Shown one piece after another: positions 58,840 through 64,000 of a stretch of DNA of 64,000 nucleotides. The notes beneath the pieces were generated by a model. That model did no database searches. It saw only the letters and a program-made list of their open reading frames with translations, and was not told where the DNA came from. Origin of the DNA: a bacterium (lineage in GTDB: Bacteria; JADJOY01); the NCBI GenBank assembly GCA_046331705.1, contig JAXLQJ010000025.1:1-64000 (forward strand). The letters run 5' to 3'. The translations under genes were made by a program, and so were the position numbers. Position 1 is the first letter of the stretch; each line of letters starts with the position of its first letter.

Positions 58840-60489
58840 ATGTACCGCGTGACCAGAACGTCGAGGTGGGTCGGGTTCGTCGTAGTCGCGCTGTCGCTTG
58901 CCTTCGCCGCATCGGCCCAAGGGGGCTCGGCGGGTACGCGCAGCGGTTCGGTCCGTCGCACTCTCGCGGATGCACCGTTCCGGCCGGTGGCCACTCCGCT
59001 CGCGCCCGTCACGACCCTTCCCGCGGAGCACCCCTGGCACCCGCCACTACGCGCGCCGACCTTCAGCGAGGATTTCCAGGAGATCGAGGTCACGGTCCCG
59101 CCCTACGATGCGTTTCCCTCCGGTTGGGCGCTCTTCAACGTCGATGGGCGCACCCCTGCGGGCTCGGTGGGCTACATCACCCATGCCTGGATCGTGCGCG
59201 AAGACTTCATCACCAACGTGACGGACAAGGCAGCCTTCAGCACCTCTTGGTACTCGCCGGCCGGTCAGGCGGACGACTGGATGATCACGCCGGCGGTCAG
59301 TCTCAGCGCGAGCGAACGTCTGTCGTGGAACGCGCTCGCCCCCGATGCCTCGTACCCGGATGGTTACGAAGTCCGGATATCGACCACCACTGCCGATCCA
59401 GCCGGTTGCTCAGCCAACCCGGCGCTCTTCTCGATCGCCGCCGAAAGCTCGACTTGGACGGCGCGCAGCCTGGAGCTGGCGACGGCGGGCTATGCGAACG
59501 AGAGCGTTTACCTCTGCTTCCGCAATCACACGAACGACAAGTTCCTGCTGCTTCTCGACGACATCGCGGTCGAGTCCACGTATGTCCACGATGCCGCGAT
59601 CGCGGGTCTCGATTTGCCGTCCGAATACACGATCTTGCCGGCCAACCAAGGCTTCTCGCTCACCCTCGGCGCCGACGTCGACAACAACGGGACGCAAGCG
59701 ATCACCCAAACTGCGCTCGGCGTGAGCGTTCAGGTGGATGGCAGCACCGTGGCGACGCCCACCGGCAGCCCCGTGGCTTCCATTCTCTCGGGGGCATCTG
59801 CGCACCTCACCGCGCCCGATTACGTGGCCGACGAGCCGGGAGTGATCACGCTCGACTACGCGGTCTCGTCGGCGGAGACCGAGGACAAGCCGGACGACAA
59901 CGCGGCGAGCTGGAACAAAGCCCTCAGCGTGGCGGCCGAAGACATGGCGCGCGACGACGGGATCGTGGTCAGCGCCATCGGAATCGGCGCCGGCCAAGAG
60001 GGCGAGCTCGGCCAAGCCTTCGAGGTGACGGTGCCCTCGCGCGTCGACTCGGTGCAGTTCGCCGTCAACGCCGCCGATCCAGCGATCATCGGCACCGACC
60101 TCGTGTTCCGGCTACGCGCCTATCCCAACGGTGGTCCTCCCGGCACGCTTCTCGGAACCTCGTATGCCCACACGTTCGCCGATGAGCTCGGTCACACCGC
60201 GACGGTGAGCTTCCCGCCGGACCTCGCACCCTTGGCACCCGGCAAATTTTTCATCTCCGCCGTGGAGACGCCTGCAGCGACGATCGCCCTCGGCCAGACG
60301 ACCGACGTGTTCACAGCGGGAACGGAGTGGGTGATCTGGCCGTCGGCGCCGGGTGGTACCTGGAACACGGTCGAGGGCTTCGGGGCGAGCTTCCAGAAGC
60401 CGTTCGTCATTCGCCCGCGGGTCATCGCGAACAGCGTGTTCGCGGACGGCTTCGAGACCGGCGATCTGTTGCGGTGGTCCAACTTCTGA
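58840..60489 (+). CDS. secreted choice-of-anchor J / cleaved-adhesin-like protein with FADGFE tail
   Basis: Signal peptide; STSWY...ADDWMITP...YPDGYEVRISTT...FRNH...LLDDI; C-terminal VFADGFETGDLLRWS; RBS GGAGG. Confidence 0.85.
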   Translation: MYRVTRTSRWVGFVVVALSLAFAASAQGGSAGTRSGSVRRTLADAPFRPVATPLAPVTTLPAEHPWHPPLRAPTFSEDFQEIEVTVPPYDAFPSGWALFNVDGRTPAGSVGYITHAWIVREDFITNVTDKAAFSTSWYSPAGQADDWMITPAVSLSASERLSWNALAPDASYPDGYEVRISTTTADPAGCSANPALFSIAAESSTWTARSLELATAGYANESVYLCFRNHTNDKFLLLLDDIAVESTYVHDAAIAGLDLPSEYTILPANQGFSLTLGADVDNNGTQAITQTALGVSVQVDGSTVATPTGSPVASILSGASAHLTAPDYVADEPGVITLDYAVSSAETEDKPDDNAASWNKALSVAAEDMARDDGIVVSAIGIGAGQEGELGQAFEVTVPSRVDSVQFAVNAADPAIIGTDLVFRLRAYPNGGPPGTLLGTSYAHTFADELGHTATVSFPPDLAPLAPGKFFISAVETPAATIALGQTTDVFTAGTEWVIWPSAPGGTWNTVEGFGASFQKPFVIRPRVIANSVFADGFETGDLLRWSNF

Positions 60490-60713
60490 GGGGCGCGGGC
60501 GCGCGCAGCAGTCTTCTTTCCTCAGCACACGAGCGGGCGGTGGCAGCCGCTCGATGCGCCATCCGGGCTTGCAGGTCCGTCCGAGCTGTTACGCGGGTGT
60601 AACCGCGCGCGTTCGGCGCTCGTTTGCTCACGCGCGAAGCGCCGGCCTTTGCTGGCGAAATCGCGTCGTGCCCCCGCGGGGCCCGCGAGCACGGCGCTCG
60701 AGTCGTGTCGCGG

Positions 60714-60771
60714 GTGATGGTGCGCGTGCGGTTCCACGGTCGAGTCGGGCGCGGCTTGAGGACGTCGAGCC
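60714..60771 (+). pseudogene. remnant copy of the 5' end of the por gamma-subunit gene
   Basis: 48/58 nt ungapped identity to 62740-62797 (manual count); VMVRVRFHGRVGRGLRTSS vs MMVRVRFHGRGGHGVKTSS. Confidence 0.85.
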
Positions 60772-60820
60772 CCAACGTCCGTGTCGCGGTTTTCGCCGCC
60801 ACTGGACACGCGACGCCTGG

Positions 60821-60935
60821 GGCGATGTGTGGAATTCGATCGAGTGGTTCCCGTCCGCCTTTCAGGCGCTGTTCGCGAACGGCAGCGGCTCATCGCGACG
60901 CACGTGGCTCGTTCGCGGACGACTTCGAGAGACCG
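60821..60935 (+). pseudogene. remnant of the 3' end of a homologue of the 58840..60489 gene
   Basis: GDVWNSIEWFPSAFQALF vs GGTWNTVEGFGASFQKPF; 60911-60930 matches 60438-60457 at 19/20 nt. Confidence 0.7.
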
Positions 60936-61061
60936 CACTCTCGAAGCCGTGCCCTGGCTTCGGTGAGGGAGAAGGCCCGTCGGGCGCGACCTGATCGCTG
61001 GAATGGCGTTCGAGCGCAGATCGGGTATCCGCGTCGCAACTCGCCGGCCCTTCCGATCCGG

Positions 61062-62246
61062 TCAAGGAGTGGCAGGGGAGTTGCCGTCGCCGTCCGTTTT
61101 GATCAGATACACGTCACGTCCGCCTGCGCCGAAGGATTTCGTCCAGCCCGCGAGGGCGTATCCTCCATCCGACGCTTTCTGCACTGCGCGCACTGCGTCT
61201 TCGCCTGTGCCGCCGTAGGTCTTCTGCCACTGGATCGTGCCGTCGTCGTCGATGTTCGCGAGATAGGCGTCGAGGTTGCCGTCATCCGCCGCGTCCGCAT
61301 TTCCGGCCACCACGTAGCCTCCGTTCCAGGCTGGCGCGATCGAGTAGAGCTCGGCGCTTCCAGCCGGGGTGAGCAACGCGTCCCATAAGCGGGTGCCTTG
61401 CGCGTCGGTACGAAGCACCCAGCCTTGGCGTTCGGAAGCGAAGTTCTCGACCCAGCCCGCAGCGGCGAACCCGCCGTCCGGCGTCTCGCGCACGTCGTAA
61501 AGGGTGTGCTTGTAGAAGACGACCAAGGGGTTGCTATAGATGTATGTCTTGCGCCACGTGAGGTTGCCGTCAGCGTCGACCTTGAGGAGCGCCGCGTTGA
61601 CCGTCAGGCCGATGCCGGCGAGCACGAAGCCGCCGTCCGATGTCTGCCGGATCGACCGCGCCCAGTCACGACCCGCTGCACCGAATTGCCGCTCCCACAC
61701 GACCGCGCCGTTGGAGTCGAGCTTGGCGAGATAGGCGTCGTATTCGGTGGAACCAGAGATACCAGCGACGCCGGCAACCACGATGTTGCCGTCCGCGGTC
61801 TCTCGGACCGAGTCGAACTCCAACGCCTGCGGGTAGTCGTGGGCCCATACGAGCTCGCCGATCGAATCCACCCTGACCAGATAGGCCCGCCCGACGGTCG
61901 TGTTCAGCAACGAGTTTCCAGCGAGCAGGTAGCCGCCGTCGGAGAGCTGCGCGACGGCGAAGGCGACGGCAAAGTCGCCCCCATAAGCATTGTTCTGCCA
62001 CTCGAGCTCGCCGCTGGCGTTGGTCTTGACGAGGTAGTCGATCGAACGCTGCGCTTGGCTGAACGAGTTGCTCTGGCCCGCCACCACATACCCATGATCC
62101 TGCGTCTCCTCGAGGCTGTACCCCTTGTCCTCCCTCGTGCCCCCGAGGGCTTTCTGAAACGTTTGCGGGGTGCACGCGACGCTCAGCCCAAGCGCCGCCA
62201 CCGCGGGGATCCACCGTCGAGTCAGGCACACGCCGATAGTGCTCAT
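61062..62246 (-). CDS. lipoprotein with repeated beta-propeller-like blades
   Basis: SVAC lipobox; repeats of T-x-DGG-Y/F-xxAG...L-x-K-x-D-xx-G-xxx-W; RBS AAGGAG. Confidence 0.88.
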   Translation of the reverse strand: MSTIGVCLTRRWIPAVAALGLSVACTPQTFQKALGGTREDKGYSLEETQDHGYVVAGQSNSFSQAQRSIDYLVKTNASGELEWQNNAYGGDFAVAFAVAQLSDGGYLLAGNSLLNTTVGRAYLVRVDSIGELVWAHDYPQALEFDSVRETADGNIVVAGVAGISGSTEYDAYLAKLDSNGAVVWERQFGAAGRDWARSIRQTSDGGFVLAGIGLTVNAALLKVDADGNLTWRKTYIYSNPLVVFYKHTLYDVRETPDGGFAAAGWVENFASERQGWVLRTDAQGTRLWDALLTPAGSAELYSIAPAWNGGYVVAGNADAADDGNLDAYLANIDDDGTIQWQKTYGGTGEDAVRAVQKASDGGYALAGWTKSFGAGGRDVYLIKTDGDGNSPATP

Positions 62247-62303
62247 GGGAACAGCTCCTTTTGACGGAAGATTGTCAGGCTTCGCTGCGCCGGGGAGGGC
62301 CCC

Positions 62304-62395
62304 AAAAAAGCAAGCCTCGTGCCGCAGTAACCCGGGGCTCACCGCCTGAGACAGGTCGCCGCCTGAGCGTCGTTTCACGCGGCTCGCCTCGCCCT
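62304..62395 (-). ncRNA. candidate divergent GEMM-I (cyclic dinucleotide) riboswitch-like leader
   Basis: Minus strand GGCGAGCC-GCGT-GAAA-C-GACGCTCAGGC...GTCTCA-GGCGG-TGAG-CCCCGGGTTAC...TTTTTT, about 60 nt before the ATG at 62246. Confidence 0.3.
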
Positions 62396-62739
62396 TGAGG
62401 TGTGATCGCGGCACGTTACGGGTGAGATTTCCATCGCCGACGTGTGCCATACGGCTTGCGAGATGCTCACCTTCCATGTCGCGGAATGCGATTCGTTCGC
62501 AGGATGCGACGCATCGAGGATCGCGGATCGCCGAGGAATGCAGCGTCTTCGTGAGGGTCTCGTCGAGATACCCGCACCACCGGATCTCACCGAGTAGCCC
62601 CGAGCGCGGGTCGGGGTCACCCGGGTGTAACGGCGTTCGGCACACGACGCCGCCGAGCAGCGATAACTCACGGTTATCGTTCGATCCTGAGTCCGCGAGC
62701 CGGGCCGGGGCCCGGGCACGGCGCTTGAGTTGCTCATGA

Positions 62740-63666
62740 GTGATGGTTCGCGTGCGCTTTCACGGTCGCGGCGGACACGGCGTCAAGACGTCGAGCCGCA
62801 TCTTGGGAACGGCGGCTTTCCACGCTGGATTCCAGGTCCAGGATTTCCCGATCTACGGCGCCGAGCGACGCGGAGCGCCGGTGGTGGCGTTCACTCGCTT
62901 CGACACGGCGCCGATCCTGGAACGCGGTCCCATCGCGCATCCGGACCTCGTGTTGGTCGCGGACGAGACGCTGGTCGGCGAGCCGTCCGCCGGAGTGCTG
63001 ACGGGCGCGGCCGAAGCCCGTGCGCTGTTCGTGAACGCGGCACCCGAGAGCGATCACCTCGCCGCCGGCGCTCCCGCTCGGGACCCGGCGCGCGTTCGCC
63101 GCGCGCTGGCGCTCGATCTGACCTCGCTCGCCATGGCAGTGCTGGGACGCGCGGCATCGCTGAGCGCGGGACTCGCCGCCGCGGCCGCGCGTCTGAGCGG
63201 CGTGGTCGAGCTTGCGGCGGTGGAGCGCGCGATTCGCGCCGAGCTGATCGAGCTGGGCGTCCGGAACCCGGAGATCGACGCCAACGTGACGCTGGCGCGG
63301 CGCGTGTTCGCGGAGCTGCCGGCGATCGAGGCCGCGACGGACGGGGGAGCGACCGCGCCGCCACCGCCCGAGCCGCTGGTGCGCATCGCCTACGAAGGGC
63401 CGATTCGGGGCGCTCCCAGCATCCTCGCTGCGGGCAACGCGGTCGCGCGTCACACCGGGAGCTGGCGTGTCGAGCGCCCGGAGATCGATCGCGAGCGCTG
63501 CAACGCCTGCGGGCTCTGCTTCGTTCGCTGCCCGGATGGCGCGGTGGCGCTCGACGACGAGGGCTACCCGGTCGTCGACTACGACCACTGCAAGGGCTGC
63601 CTCGTGTGCGCGCAGATCTGTCCCCTCGACGCGGTCGCGCGCCGGCGCGAGGTGCGGGCGTGGTGA
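62740..63666 (+). CDS. 2-oxoacid:ferredoxin oxidoreductase gamma subunit fused to delta (2x[4Fe-4S]) subunit
   Basis: VRFHGRGGHG, YGAERRGAPV; TGSWRVERP, CNACGLC...CPD, YDHCKGCLVCAQICP. Confidence 0.93.
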   Translation: MMVRVRFHGRGGHGVKTSSRILGTAAFHAGFQVQDFPIYGAERRGAPVVAFTRFDTAPILERGPIAHPDLVLVADETLVGEPSAGVLTGAAEARALFVNAAPESDHLAAGAPARDPARVRRALALDLTSLAMAVLGRAASLSAGLAAAAARLSGVVELAAVERAIRAELIELGVRNPEIDANVTLARRVFAELPAIEAATDGGATAPPPPEPLVRIAYEGPIRGAPSILAAGNAVARHTGSWRVERPEIDRERCNACGLCFVRCPDGAVALDDEGYPVVDYDHCKGCLVCAQICPLDAVARRREVRAW

Positions 63667-63684
63667 GTGAGAGCTGAGGGCGAC

Positions 63685-64000
63685 GTGAAACGGCTCATCA
63701 CCGGCAACTCCGCCGCTGCGTGGGGCGCTCGGCTGGCCGACGTGGACTACGTGCCGGCGTTCCCGATCACGCCGCAGACCGAGATCATCGAGGCCCTGGC
63801 CGGCTGGTTCGCGAGCGGCGAGCTCGCCGGCAAGTTCGTCACCATGGACAGCGAGCACTCGATGGTGCTCGCTGCGGGCGCCGCAGCGGCGACGGGGGTG
63901 CGCGTCTTCAGCGCCACCTCGAGCCAAGGGCTGGTGTACGCGCTCGAGGCGCTCTACACGGTCGCCGGCTGGCGCGTGCCGTGGGTGCTCGCGAACGTGT
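63685..64000 (+). CDS. porA: 2-oxoacid:ferredoxin oxidoreductase alpha subunit, truncated by the window end
   Basis: Manual translation: VKRLITGNSAAAWGA...AFPITPQTEIIE...DSEHS...SATSSQGL. Confidence 0.9.
   Translation, partial: MKRLITGNSAAAWGARLADVDYVPAFPITPQTEIIEALAGWFASGELAGKFVTMDSEHSMVLAAGAAAATGVRVFSATSSQGLVYALEALYTVAGWRVPWVLANV

Overview
High-GC bacterial chromosomal window with about 55 credible CDSs. The gene content suggests a Myxococcota/Binatota/Acidobacteria-like organism, but the sequence alone does not settle this. I found no rRNA, tRNA or CRISPR array. Recognisable blocks are ligA, a rhomboid protease, fabI, an orphan PilB/GspE ATPase fused to zinc ribbons and a pseudo-receiver and coupled to a J-domain protein, aguAB, a Crp/Fnr regulator with the norCBQD nitric oxide reductase operon (di-haem NorC), many secreted or lipoprotein hydrolases (one cutinase/PETase-like), trmH, rluA, ybaK, lipid-metabolism genes, a kinase-STAND-TPR protein, an ECF sigma/anti-sigma pair, and the start of a por-type 2-oxoacid oxidoreductase operon. 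The most unusual signals are: (1) a ~950 bp tandem array of seven hairpin-rich ~157 bp units at 11440-12392; (2) a RAYT/TnpA-like HUH protein lacking the catalytic Tyr, behind tandem NrdR-like boxes; (3) a duplication/insertion scar at 60.3-62.8 kb carrying a lipoprotein gene with a divergent GEMM-like leader; (4) an 11-bp-periodic operator over a clear sigma70 promoter at 17242-17277; (5) a frameshifted ~900 aa lipoprotein with a C-terminal CxxCH. All family assignments come from motifs read by eye and recalled consensus sequences; no database searches were run. Several starts are shortened relative to the supplied ORF track.
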